45,486 nt of DNA from Terrimicrobiaceae bacterium (GCA_041752695.1 JBGSVZ010000109.1:1-45486), one strand, 5' to 3'. Positions 17,610-29,123 are shown, counted from the stretch's first letter. Numbers and translations are program-made. Notes: generated by a model from the sequence alone, not told the origin.

Positions 17610-19145
17610 ATGAGCAACATCCTGCAACAACTCGAAGCGAAGATTGAGGGCATCCAAGCCGCTTCCACCACCAAAACCAACGTCGGCACGGTTCGTGAAG
17701 TCGGCGACGGCGTGGCCAAGATCGAAGGTCTCAGCGACGCCATGCTGAACGAAATGCTGGAGTTCCCCGGCGGACTCTACGGCCTCGCGCTCAACCTCGA
17801 GGAAACCGAGGTCGGTGCCATTATTCTCGGCGACTACACTTCCGTCTCGGAAGGCGACGAAGTCAAAACCACCGGCAAACTCCTCCAGATCCCTGTCGGC
17901 AAAGGCATGCTCGGCCGTGTCGTCGACTCCCTCGGCGTGCCGCTCGACGGCAAGGGTCCGATTGAATCCACGGAATTCTATCCTGTCGAAAAAATTGCCC
18001 CCGGCATCATTCGCCGTAAGAGCGTCACCCAGCCCGTGCAGACCGGCATCATGGCTATTGACGCGATGATTCCCATTGGCCGCGGTCAGCGTGAGCTGAT
18101 CATCGGTGACCGTGCGACCGGCAAGACCACCATTGCGGTTGACACCATTCTCAACCAAGCCAAGGCCAACAAAGCCGGCGAAGCCAGCGGCGATCCCACC
18201 TTCCGCCCGCTTTATTCTATCTACGTCGCGATCGGCCAGAAGAATGCCAACATCGCCCGCGTCATTGGCGTTCTCGAGGAAAACGACGCGCTGAAATACA
18301 CGATCATCGTTGCCTCTTCCGCCTCGGACAGCGCCACCAATCAATACATCGCCCCGTTCGCCGGCGCCGCTCTTGGGGAGTGGTTTATGAACAACGGCCA
18401 GGACGCGCTTATCGTGTTTGATGATCTGACAAAACACGCCGCCGCTTACCGTCAGGTGTCGCTGCTCCTCAAGCGCCCCTCCGGCCGCGAAGCGTATCCC
18501 GGCGACGTTTTTTATCTCCACAGCCGCCTGCTCGAACGTTCCGCCCGCGTTGGCGAGAAATACGGCAACGGTTCCCTTACCGCCCTGCCCATCATCGAGA
18601 CCCAGGCAGGTGACGTCTCGGCCTACATTCCGACGAACGTGATCTCCATCACCGACGGTCAGATCTATCTGGAAACCGACTTGTTCTACCAGGGTATCCG
18701 CCCTGCCATTTCGGTCGGTCTTTCGGTGTCCCGTGTGGGTTCCGCCGCGCAGATCAAGGCGATGAAACAGGTGGCCGGCAAGATCAAGGGCGACCTCGCC
18801 CAGTATCGTGAATTGGCCGCCTTCGCCCAGTTCGGTTCCGACCTCGACGCCCGCACCAAGGCGACCCTCGACCGCGGGGCTCGAATCGTGGAGCTTTTCA
18901 AACAGCCGCAATACAATCCGCTTCCCGTCGAACTGCAGGCCGCGATTCTTTGGTCCATGCAAAATGGCTACGTCGATCCAATCCCCGTGGATCGCGTGAA
19001 GGAGTTCCAGAACAAACTTCAGGAATTCCTCACCACCCGCAAGGAAGCCCTCCTTGGTCGCATTCTGGAAAAGAAACAAATCGACGAAGAAATCACCAAG
19101 GAACTCAAAGCCGCCCTCGAAGAGTTCAAGGTCATCTTCCGCTAA
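17610..19145 (+). CDS. atpA: F0F1 ATP synthase subunit alpha
   Basis: [38 protein letters not shown] and SVSRVG motifs. Confidence 0.98.
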   Translation: MSNILQQLEAKIEGIQAASTTKTNVGTVREVGDGVAKIEGLSDAMLNEMLEFPGGLYGLALNLEETEVGAIILGDYTSVSEGDEVKTTGKLLQIPVGKGMLGRVVDSLGVPLDGKGPIESTEFYPVEKIAPGIIRRKSVTQPVQTGIMAIDAMIPIGRGQRELIIGDRATGKTTIAVDTILNQAKANKAGEASGDPTFRPLYSIYVAIGQKNANIARVIGVLEENDALKYTIIVASSASDSATNQYIAPFAGAALGEWFMNNGQDALIVFDDLTKHAAAYRQVSLLLKRPSGREAYPGDVFYLHSRLLERSARVGEKYGNGSLTALPIIETQAGDVSAYIPTNVISITDGQIYLETDLFYQGIRPAISVGLSVSRVGSAAQIKAMKQVAGKIKGDLAQYRELAAFAQFGSDLDARTKATLDRGARIVELFKQPQYNPLPVELQAAILWSMQNGYVDPIPVDRVKEFQNKLQEFLTTRKEALLGRILEKKQIDEEITKELKAALEEFKVIFR

Positions 19146-19173
19146 TCCGATTCCCGTTCTTCGATCTCCGATT
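19146..19173. repeat. Degenerate heptamer tandem repeat in the atpA-atpG spacer
   Basis: TCCGATT CCCGTTC TTCGATC TCCGATT, period 7. Confidence 0.55.
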
Positions 19174-19182
19174 CTCTAAAAA

Positions 19183-21479
<2,297 letters not shown>

Positions 21480-21482
21480 GGA

Positions 21483-21566
21483 GATTTATGATGTGTGATG
21501 TTTGATTTCCGAAGGAATTCGGAAGTCGGGCACAGCGAAAATCCTAAATCTTAAATCAAAAATCCC
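21483..21566. repeat. Inverted heptamer-repeat arrays around a central hairpin, filling the atpD-atpC spacer
   Basis: Left arm GATTTAT GATGTGT GATGTTT GATTT; inner hairpin TTCCGAA-GGAA-TTCGGAA; right arm AAATCCT AAATCTT AAATCAA AAATCCC, ending at the atpC ATG. Confidence 0.75.
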
Positions 21567-21977
21567 ATGGCCACTCTCCGACTCGAAATTGTCACTCCCG
21601 AAGCCCGGACCTACTCCGACGACGTGGAATCCGTTGTGATTCCCGGCGCGGAGGGGGAGTTGGGTATTCTTCCCCAGCACGTGGGACTCATGACCCAATT
21701 GCTGCCGGGCGAACTGCGCATCACCAAAAATGGCGAAGAAACCCGCCTTGCGGTGGGTGAAGGGTTTGTCGAAGTGACCGGAGAAAAAGTTTCGGTGCTG
21801 ACCGACATGGCCGTGCCCGAAAACGACATCGACGAAGCAGCTGCCGAGGAAGCCATGCGTCGCGCTGAGGCCGCCCTCAACGAAGAGCATATCGATGAGG
21901 AAGGTCACGCCGCCGCCCAGGCGGCAATGCTCAAGTCTCTCGCCCAGCTCCGGGTCAAGCGGCGCAAGCACGTCTGA
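21567..21977 (+). CDS. atpC: F0F1 ATP synthase subunit epsilon
   Basis: LEIVTPE, PGAEGELGILPQH and GFVEV motifs with C-terminal helices. Confidence 0.96.
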   Translation: MATLRLEIVTPEARTYSDDVESVVIPGAEGELGILPQHVGLMTQLLPGELRITKNGEETRLAVGEGFVEVTGEKVSVLTDMAVPENDIDEAAAEEAMRRAEAALNEEHIDEEGHAAAQAAMLKSLAQLRVKRRKHV

Positions 21978-22069
21978 TTTTCTGGCTTCGGGCGATGCAC
22001 AAGTGCCGATCAAATCGGCCGACTGCAATTGCCTGGCTAGCGGCGAATTTTCGGGAGTTCAATCGTCGC

Positions 22070-23722
22070 CTAGTGTTTCCGGCGGCGGAGGCCGACAATC
22101 CAGCAGAGACTTCCTACGGCCACGAGCGCGGCTGTCGATGGTTCGGGGAGAATCGCGAAGTCGCTGTTATGGTTCAGCACGGCCCAAGTTGAGCCGGTGG
22201 CAGTGTCCACTCCGTACGCGCCGATATAGCTGTCGAGGTCTCCACCATAGGTGGTTTGGAACAGCGTGAATGAACCGATGAAACCCAGTTGTGCCCCGGT
22301 GGCATTGTTTCCGGTATTCCCTTCAACAGCGTTCGCCCATTGATTGCTGCCGTTCAACCAGGCCAGATACGTACCCGGCCCCACGGATGAGAGGGAAAGT
22401 TCCAAAACGAAAATATCGGTGCCCGTGCCTTCGAAATGATAGACGTCGCTCAGGCGGTTGGCGTCGTTCAGCGCGGCTGATGTGGCCGAGAAACCTGTAG
22501 TGAGGGTGGTGGCGGCAGACAGCGTGCCATCCAACAGACTTGCGGTGGTGTTTGGGGTGCCCCCGGCGAACGAGCTAACGGCATCCACCGCGTTCGCCAG
22601 ATCCTGGCCGATGGTCAACTCGCGATCGAACGCTCCGCCGGAAAGAATCACGGTATTTTCAACTGTCACGTCCACCTGGACCACGAAGACCCCGCCGGAG
22701 ATCGTGACCGTATCAGTGCCCATGGCCGCGTTGTTTCCTGCGGCGAGCGTCCCGGAGGTGATGGTTGTTCCTCCAGTATAGCTGTTGCTGCCGGTTAAGA
22801 CGGTGGTGCCCGTTCCGTTTTTGGCTACGGCAAGACTTCCGGTGAGCCGGGTATCGAAGGTAACGGATCCTGTGTGATTGAAATCCACGTCGGCCGTGCC
22901 TGCTCCGCCAGCCACTTCGGCAGCTTGGAGGGAACCTGCTGCTCCACCCATCCCGAAGTTAAGAGTGCCAGCAGAGTCCACCTGGTCCCCCAGGATGAGG
23001 GTTCCCGTGCCCGAGTCTACCGTCACAACGCCAACATCGATCAGGGCCAAGGTTCCTGCGCCGGAGTTGCCGACGTAGAGCCCAGCGGAATTATTCCACG
23101 TGCCACCAGCTACTGTCGCGATGCCCTGAGAACCGAGGGCCGTCCCGACGTAGCCGAAAGTATTCGAGACCAATCCTCCGTTGAGGGCAAAATTTCCGGT
23201 GCCCGACTCGCCGACATAAAACTCGTTGGTATTTTGCCAGGTTCCGCTGTTCATCGTCACGGATCCGAACGAGCCCGCGTTTGTTCCCATGAAGCCGTAG
23301 GTGTTGGTGACCAGCCCTCCATCAATCGTCAGTGTCCCCGTGCCGGAAAAACCGACATGAACTTCATTGGCATTCTGCCAGGTGCCGCTGCTGATCGTGG
23401 CCGTGGCTTGGGAATTCAGGGCGTTCCCGATGAAGCCTGAATCACTGTTGAACGTGCCGGCGGAAACCTGCCATCCCCCCGAGCTGTCCTCCGTATTGCC
23501 CACCCGGAGGATTCCAATTGTGGTGCTTCCTCCATTAAACACAGCCGTGCCGCTGTTGTTAATCTCGGCCTCGTCTGCGGGGGTTGGAGCTCCCGAAGGA
23601 GACCAATTTTCTGGAGTATCCCAGGCGGAAGTTCCTGAAGCCGTCCATATCTTGCTTTCCGCTCGGGCATGCGAAAGGCCGGGCCCGACAACGAGAAGGA
23701 ACGCCGCAAAAATCGCTCTCAT
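22070..23722 (-). CDS. Secreted PEP-CTERM protein with beta-helix (T5SS/PEP-CTERM-associated and autotransporter-associated) repeats
   Basis: Signal peptide MRAIFAAFLLVVGPGLSHARA; 47-aa GTW.N…VG.SGTG repeats spaced 141 nt apart; KNGTGTTVLTGSNSYTGGTTITSGTL; C-terminal LPEPSTAALVAVGSLCWIVGLRRRKH. Confidence 0.9.
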   Translation of the reverse strand: MRAIFAAFLLVVGPGLSHARAESKIWTASGTSAWDTPENWSPSGAPTPADEAEINNSGTAVFNGGSTTIGILRVGNTEDSSGGWQVSAGTFNSDSGFIGNALNSQATATISSGTWQNANEVHVGFSGTGTLTIDGGLVTNTYGFMGTNAGSFGSVTMNSGTWQNTNEFYVGESGTGNFALNGGLVSNTFGYVGTALGSQGIATVAGGTWNNSAGLYVGNSGAGTLALIDVGVVTVDSGTGTLILGDQVDSAGTLNFGMGGAAGSLQAAEVAGGAGTADVDFNHTGSVTFDTRLTGSLAVAKNGTGTTVLTGSNSYTGGTTITSGTLAAGNNAAMGTDTVTISGGVFVVQVDVTVENTVILSGGAFDRELTIGQDLANAVDAVSSFAGGTPNTTASLLDGTLSAATTLTTGFSATSAALNDANRLSDVYHFEGTGTDIFVLELSLSSVGPGTYLAWLNGSNQWANAVEGNTGNNATGAQLGFIGSFTLFQTTYGGDLDSYIGAYGVDTATGSTWAVLNHNSDFAILPEPSTAALVAVGSLCWIVGLRRRKH

Positions 23723-23834
23723 AACGAAGTCCGTATAGCAGAAAGCAGGACTGGGGAAATAGCTGTTTTTGGAAAAGATATGCGATTTTGGTTCCAGAAT
23801 TCGACAAACTTTGAGAATTCGCGATGATTGCCGA

Positions 23835-24752
23835 GTGTTCCTCAAGTGGTTGCCCTCTTTTTTTGCCGTCGTCTTGATTGTGGTTGGCCCTGCCCTTGCG
23901 CAGGATGGCTTTGGAGGCGGTGCCACGGGTGGCGCGGGCGGGCGGATCGTGACGGCCCGCACCGCTGAGGAATTTCGCGGCTTCGTGGCTCTCAAAGAAC
24001 CTCTGGTGATTAACGTGGAGGGGGCTCTGAATATTGGTTTTTCCAACCTGACCTCCAATAAGACGCTGGTGGGAAAGGATGCCAACGCCACCCTGATCGG
24101 GGCTTTGATGCTCGGCGGGGGCACGCAAAATGTCATCATTCGCAATCTGACTTTCACCAATCCTATGGGGAAAAAGGGGAAGGGTGGGGGCGACGGCATT
24201 ACCATTCGTGGCGGCAAGAATATCTGGATCGACCACTGCACGTTTCACGATTGTGGCGATGGCTGCGTCGATATCACGGAGGGCGCTGATCTCGTCACCG
24301 TTTCCTGGTGCAAGTTCTCCTACACCAAGCAGCCTGAACACCGCTTTACCATGCTGGCGATGGGGCGGGATAAAAAGAAACACAAGAACAAAGCCAAGGT
24401 GACGCTGCATCACAATTGGTGGGCGGAAAATTGCGACCAGCGCATGCCCGCTGCCCGTAAAGCTCTGGTCCACATGTATAATAATTTTTTCACCTGCAGC
24501 GGAAACTCGTATTGCTCCAATGCCCGGGAGCATGCGGAGATTTTGAGCGAAGGGAATTATTACGAAAAGGTCCAGAATCCCTGTTATGGCGAAGATGGGG
24601 GGAAGGTGAGAGCGGTGAAGAATATTTATAAGGACTGCACCGGGAAGATTGCGAAGGGGGATGATAAGGTTTTCACCCCTCCGTATGAATGGCAGGTGGA
24701 CAAGGCCGGCAAAGTGCCCGAGATCGTTCGGGCTGGAGCGGGGGCGCGCTAA
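23835..24752 (+). CDS. Pectate lyase (polysaccharide lyase family 1)
   Basis: Signal peptide, then GFGGGATGGAGG, SNKTLVG, NVIIRNL, DGITI, WIDHC, DGCVD, VTLHHN, RMP..R and HMYNN. GTG start at 23835 is inferred. Confidence 0.9.
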   Translation: MFLKWLPSFFAVVLIVVGPALAQDGFGGGATGGAGGRIVTARTAEEFRGFVALKEPLVINVEGALNIGFSNLTSNKTLVGKDANATLIGALMLGGGTQNVIIRNLTFTNPMGKKGKGGGDGITIRGGKNIWIDHCTFHDCGDGCVDITEGADLVTVSWCKFSYTKQPEHRFTMLAMGRDKKKHKNKAKVTLHHNWWAENCDQRMPAARKALVHMYNNFFTCSGNSYCSNAREHAEILSEGNYYEKVQNPCYGEDGGKVRAVKNIYKDCTGKIAKGDDKVFTPPYEWQVDKAGKVPEIVRAGAGAR

Positions 24753-24755
24753 CCC

Positions 24756-25355
24756 GTGGGGCGGAACGCTGAATTTCTTGTCGCGACTCTCACGGCCGGG
24801 GGGCTGACCATCGGCGAGGTGTACATTGAGCCGGGGTTTGTCCTCACGCATGTCGACGACGCCGGTCGCGAGGGACTTAAACTTTACGCCGACCCCCACG
24901 ACGCGATCGTGCTCACGCGTTATGACGACGAGGGGCGTTACCGTCCCCTCAAAACCGCGCCCAACCTGGCCCATGGCTGGCGATTGGAGCTCTCCACCAT
25001 CGAACAGGTTCTCCTCACCCTGGATTTTTTCTATCCGGCGGCCGTCGGCACCGCACGGGCTGAGCAACTGGCGGAACTCCGGCCGGTGCCGCTGCGGGAA
25101 ACGCTGGATCGTCAGACCGGGATGTATGCGGTGACCAAAAAGATCACCGACGAGCAGGCGGTGAAGTTGGTGGGGGATTTTTGCCATCCCGGGTGCCTGC
25201 GAAAAATCCTTTGGCCGATCTCGCCCGGGGTACCGTCTCCGGTTCAGGCAACGCCTCCAGCCCAAGCGCCCGTCCCGCTGCTTTGTGCAGAAGCTTGCAA
25301 CCTGCTTGTCGCCGAGGCCCGCAAAGTGGTGAAGGCCGCGGCTGCGCCGCCGTAA
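24756..25355 (+). CDS. DR2241-family protein with a putative Fe-S cluster
   Basis: GRYRPLKTAPNL..GW, FYP, ETLDRQTGMY, C.PGCLR..LW and PLLCAEACNLLV match my recollection of the DR2241 C-terminal domains; four Cys. Confidence 0.7.
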   Translation: MGRNAEFLVATLTAGGLTIGEVYIEPGFVLTHVDDAGREGLKLYADPHDAIVLTRYDDEGRYRPLKTAPNLAHGWRLELSTIEQVLLTLDFFYPAAVGTARAEQLAELRPVPLRETLDRQTGMYAVTKKITDEQAVKLVGDFCHPGCLRKILWPISPGVPSPVQATPPAQAPVPLLCAEACNLLVAEARKVVKAAAAPP

Positions 25356-25388
25356 CCCGGGCTGCACGCTGTCCGAAAAGTCTATTGC

Positions 25389-25552
25389 TGGAGCGCGGCA
25401 GGCCCTTGCCGCCACGCGACGAACCTTGGAGGGGAGCGAGGCCCTTCGCGCCCTCGGGCGGCAGCGGTGTGCCGCCCCTACCGAATGCCAGCAAACGGCG
25501 ATAATATTGGCTATAGCGCTCTGCTTTTGGAGGGCGGCAGGCCCTTGCCGCC
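25389..25552. repeat. Cluster of four REP-like palindromes (GGAG/GTAG-headed)
   Basis: TGGAGCGCGGCAGGCCCTTGCCGCC (25389-25413), TGGAGGGGAGCGAGGCCCTTCGCGCCC (25427-25453), minus-strand GGTAGGGGCGGCACACCGCTGCCGCCC (25456-25482) and TGGAGGGCGGCAGGCCCTTGCCGCC (25528-25552), all between convergent genes. Confidence 0.75.
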
Positions 25553-25619
25553 TGGGATGCGAGAACCTGAGCGCATGCGGGACGAATCACCCCGCATCCC
25601 TCCCGTTTTTGGACGGTCT

Positions 25620-26498
25620 CTACAGCGCCAGTCCCGTCAGGCGTTCGTAGGCTTCCAAATATTTGGAGGAGGTGCGGGTGACGATCTCCGGCGGAAGCGG
25701 TGGGGCCGGGGGTTGTTTGTCCCAATCAAGGCCTTCGAGGTAATCGCGCACAAATTGTTTGTCAAAACTCGGAGGACTTCCACCGGGGGTATATTCACTC
25801 TCGGGCCAGAAGCGGGAGGAATCCGGGGTAAGAACCTCGTCGATCAGGACCACCTCGCCGTCGAACATGCCAAATTCGAATTTGGTGTCGGCGACGATAA
25901 TGCCCCGTCCCGCCGCGTAGGCCCTGCCGTGCTCGTAGAGTTCGGTCGTCCATTTCCGAACCTGGAGGGCAATCTCGTCCCCCAGGATCGCCCGGCATTG
26001 CCGCCAGGTGATGTTTTCGTCATGGCCGGATTCCGCCTTCGTCGCCGGCGTAAAAATGGTCTCAGGCAGCCGATCGCCCTGCCGGAGGCCGGCGGGCAGG
26101 GGCTGTCCGGCCAGGGTGCCGTGCTCCCGGTATTCTTTCCACCCGGACCCGGCGAGGTAACCACGTGCGACACATTCGACGGGGAGGGGCAGGGCTTTTT
26201 TCACGATCATGGATCGCCCGGCAAGCATCTCCTCGAAGGGTTTCAGGACTTCGGGGAAGTGGCGAAAGTGCGTCGCGATAACGTGGTTCTCGACAAAATC
26301 GAGCTTCTCAAACCAGAACGACGAGATCTGCGTGAGGACTTCTCCCTTGCGGGGAATGGCGTTGGGCAGAATGCAGTCGAAAGCGGAAATTCGGTCGGTC
26401 GCGACAAAAAGCAGGCTGTCGCCAAGGTCGAAGACCTCGCGCACTTTGCCACTGCGGAGTTTCGGAATGCCGGGAAGATCACAGGCGAGGATGTCCAT
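25620..26498 (-). CDS. purC: Phosphoribosylaminoimidazole-succinocarboxamide (SAICAR) synthase
   Basis: SGKVRE, TDRISAFD, ECVARGYLAGSGW, FTPATKA, ADTKFEFG, DEVLTPDSSRFW and DKQFVRDYL motifs. Confidence 0.97.
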   Translation of the reverse strand: MDILACDLPGIPKLRSGKVREVFDLGDSLLFVATDRISAFDCILPNAIPRKGEVLTQISSFWFEKLDFVENHVIATHFRHFPEVLKPFEEMLAGRSMIVKKALPLPVECVARGYLAGSGWKEYREHGTLAGQPLPAGLRQGDRLPETIFTPATKAESGHDENITWRQCRAILGDEIALQVRKWTTELYEHGRAYAAGRGIIVADTKFEFGMFDGEVVLIDEVLTPDSSRFWPESEYTPGGSPPSFDKQFVRDYLEGLDWDKQPPAPPLPPEIVTRTSSKYLEAYERLTGLAL

Positions 26499-26599
26499 GC
26501 GAACGGCAATCTACCTGCGCACGGTAGGAGGCTGGAAGGTTAATCTGTGCGTCGCTTAGGCCCCGCCATTGCAGAGGCCACGAAGCCCCCCTTCTTCGG

Positions 26600-26923
26600 T
26601 CATCGCCTGCGCGGTGTACGCTTCGGGGTGGGAAGGATGGTCTCGGTGAGAACGGAAATTCCCTCCTGGATGTTCTTCTGGATCACCCCGAAAATGCCGA
26701 CATCTTTTTTCGCCGGATTGGTCCTGATGGGCTTGGGTTCCATCGTCTTTTTCGGCTGGGGAGACGTCGTCTTCTTCGGTGGGGGAGCTACGGTCTTGGT
26801 GACATTGGTCCCGGCTTTGCTCACCGCTTTTTTGACCGAGGCAGCTGCCGGTTTTTTGGCAGGAGCTTTTCTGGCGGCGGGTTTCCGGATGGGGGTTTTT
26901 CTGGCAGATTTTTTAGTGCTCAT
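26600..26923 (-). CDS. Small Lys/Ala/Pro-rich histone H1-like protein with a C-terminal amphipathic segment
   Basis: KPAARKAPAKKPAA low-complexity N-terminus, then GIFGVIQKNIQEGISVLTETIL and a basic tail. Confidence 0.65.
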   Translation of the reverse strand: MSTKKSARKTPIRKPAARKAPAKKPAAASVKKAVSKAGTNVTKTVAPPPKKTTSPQPKKTMEPKPIRTNPAKKDVGIFGVIQKNIQEGISVLTETILPTPKRTPRRR

Positions 26924-27017
26924 ACTCTTACCCGGGAGCATCGTTGCTGGGAGGGCCGTTGGTTGCTTCCCGTGGAAATTTCTCGCGCGGAGCGGTCGTC
27001 GGACTTAAGTTTCCGAC

Positions 27018-27341
27018 ATGTTCGACAAAGGTCAGAAAGTCGCCTGCATCAACGACGATTTCTCCGCCACAGTGCGGCACATTTACCGACAACTGCCGCG
27101 CAAGGATGAGATTTACACGGTGCGCGAGGTTTCCATCGGACGCTCTGCTGTGACGAGTTCGGCAGGCGGAGCCAATGACATTTCGTATCTGGTGTTGCTG
27201 GAAGAACTGCACAATCCAGATGACCCCTACATGGCCGAAGGGGCGAGCCAGGAAATGGGATTCCGCAGTGATCGTTTCGCGCCCCTCGAAGAAATCGAGG
27301 AGGAGGCTTATGCGGAGGAAGAAATGGTGCGGGTGAGGTAA
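27018..27341 (+). CDS. Small hypothetical protein with an acidic tail
   Basis: 107-aa ORF (F.KGQKVACINDDF…YTVREV…GFRSDRFAPL) with TAAGTT 6 nt upstream of the ATG; probably co-transcribed with the next gene. Confidence 0.75.
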   Translation: MFDKGQKVACINDDFSATVRHIYRQLPRKDEIYTVREVSIGRSAVTSSAGGANDISYLVLLEELHNPDDPYMAEGASQEMGFRSDRFAPLEEIEEEAYAEEEMVRVR

Positions 27342-27345
27342 AGGT

Positions 27346-27756
27346 ATGATCAAGTCCCTTGCCCACGTTTGCATTTTTTCCCGGGACCTCGAACGGACGC
27401 GGCAGTTTTATTGCGTCGGTCTGGGACTTTCCGTGCAGTTTCGCTTCATCCGCCAGGGGGAGCTTTTCGGATTTTACCTCAAGGTTTCTGAAGCCCAGTT
27501 CATCGAGGTCTTTCTTCGGGAAGAGGCTTCCGGGGGAGTGGCCCAGATTGGCCACATCTGTCTGGAGACGGACGACCTGGAGACTTTGCGGCGGGATTTG
27601 ACCGCCAAGGGAATCGAAACGACCGAGCCGAAATTGGGTTCCGACCATTCCTGGCAGATGTGGCTGCATGACCCGGACGGAACGGCCATTGAATTCCATC
27701 AATACACCCCGCTGAGCACGCAATATACGGGCAAGGACTGTATCGTCACGTGGTGA
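27346..27756 (+). CDS. VOC / glyoxalase family protein
   Basis: HVCIFSRDLE…FY..GLG, IEVF, HICLETDDL and DPDGTAIEF motifs. Confidence 0.9.
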   Translation: MIKSLAHVCIFSRDLERTRQFYCVGLGLSVQFRFIRQGELFGFYLKVSEAQFIEVFLREEASGGVAQIGHICLETDDLETLRRDLTAKGIETTEPKLGSDHSWQMWLHDPDGTAIEFHQYTPLSTQYTGKDCIVTW

Positions 27757-27815
27757 GCGGAAGTTCCGCCACTCCCCGGCATTGACGCGGGGAGGGGGTC
27801 CTGGATTCCTGGGGA

Positions 27816-29006
27816 TCAGCGCTTTTTTCGTCGGTTGGTTTTGGGGCCCGGCGGTGGGGGCGCCGCTACTACGTCGGGAATCGGAGTGCCGATTTCCTCG
27901 GCCGGGGTCTCGCCCGTCTTCAGATTTTTCACCGGGGGCAGAATATGGCGGAAAGCTGTGCCATAAATATCCCAGGCGGTGAGGAAAAGCCCGCAGACAA
28001 TCGGACCCACGATGAACCCCATCGGGCCGAAGAGGAAAAGGCCGCCGAGGGTGCCAATCATAATGAGCAAGTCAGGCATTTCCGCATCTTTGCCGACCAA
28101 AGTGGGGCGGAGGACATTGTCGACGGTCCCGACCACTGCGGCGCACCAAAGGAAGAGTATGGTGGCCGGAAGAGGCTGGTCAATAAGGTAAAGGTAGACG
28201 ACGGCCGGCACCCAGACGAGGGCGGCCCCGATCCCCGGCACCACGGAAAGAATCACCATGACGGTGCCCCAGAAGGCCGCGCCATTGATGCCGGCAAAAT
28301 AGAACGCAATGCCGGCGAGGGCCCCTTGAATGAGCCCAATCAACATGGTCCCCTTGATCGTGGCCCGGGTGACGGAGACGAAACGTTCGAGCATGCGGTT
28401 TTCGTCCTCGTTGCTCAGAGGCATGTAGTAAAAAATCTTTTCGAGGATTTTCCGTCCGTCCTTCAGGTAGAAGAACATGGCGTAAATCATAACGAAGAAA
28501 TTGAGGAGAAAGGTGGCCGTGCCCGCCCCAATGCTGGAGGCGCTGGAGGCCAGGTAGCCCCCGACCGCCCCGGCCGCCGTACCGATGCTGTTGATGATTT
28601 CTTCCTGGCTGGGGACAAAATCCGCGGCCATGGGGAAGCGCTTCACGAGAAAGTCGTGCACGTCAAAGGTGGAAGCAGATCCCAGGTATTTTTGCACCGC
28701 AGGGATCGCGTGCTCACTGACGTCAATGGCCTGTTTGACCACCACGCCGACAAACGCGCTGATGGGACCGATTATCAGGAAAAACAGGATGAGCAGGGTT
28801 AGCGCCGAGCCCAGGGAGCGACGGCCTCCGCAAAGGCGCGTCACCCATCGGAAGAGCGGATGGCAGAGCCCGGCCAGCAGCGCACCGAGCAGAAGGGCTT
28901 TCAGAAATGGCCAGATGACCGCGAGAAAAAGCAGGGATATCCCCAGAACGAGGAGGAGCACAAACGCCGTACGAAACGTCCCGGCTTTGAGGTTGGCCGA
29001 TTGCAT
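27816..29006 (-). CDS. AI-2E family transporter
   Basis: Multi-TM protein with FFYLKDG, SVVPGIGAALVWVP, DNVLRPTLVG and GGLFLFGPMGFIVGP. Confidence 0.9.
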   Translation of the reverse strand: MQSANLKAGTFRTAFVLLLVLGISLLFLAVIWPFLKALLLGALLAGLCHPLFRWVTRLCGGRRSLGSALTLLILFFLIIGPISAFVGVVVKQAIDVSEHAIPAVQKYLGSASTFDVHDFLVKRFPMAADFVPSQEEIINSIGTAAGAVGGYLASSASSIGAGTATFLLNFFVMIYAMFFYLKDGRKILEKIFYYMPLSNEDENRMLERFVSVTRATIKGTMLIGLIQGALAGIAFYFAGINGAAFWGTVMVILSVVPGIGAALVWVPAVVYLYLIDQPLPATILFLWCAAVVGTVDNVLRPTLVGKDAEMPDLLIMIGTLGGLFLFGPMGFIVGPIVCGLFLTAWDIYGTAFRHILPPVKNLKTGETPAEEIGTPIPDVVAAPPPPGPKTNRRKKR

Positions 29007-29123
29007 GGGGACAAAGAATACGTGACCGGGCCTCGGTTCAAGGATCATCCGCTAAAAAGGTGATGGAGAAAAGTACGGCACGCCGCACCGCCTGTGGGTT
29101 AGGGTTTTCCCTTCACGCCAACC

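Noticed and set aside
17136..19079. Long antisense ORFs (647 aa opposite atpA; also 11761-13272, 3426-4610, 39241-40902)
   Set aside because: They mirror well-conserved genes on the other strand, as expected from GC-rich codon bias, and show no recognisable motifs.
21978..22069. Intrinsic terminator after atpC
   Set aside because: Short hairpins exist (GCCGAT-CAA-ATCGGC), but there is no convincing U tract on either strand.
23559..25415. 618-aa minus-strand ORF, and the extension of the PEP-CTERM ORF to 24241
   Set aside because: Both overlap the pectate lyase and DR2241-like genes in antisense; the PEP-CTERM signal peptide starts at 23722.
25389..25552. Possible CRISPR array
   Set aside because: The repeats are degenerate, irregularly spaced and in mixed orientation, with no cas genes; REP-like elements fit better.
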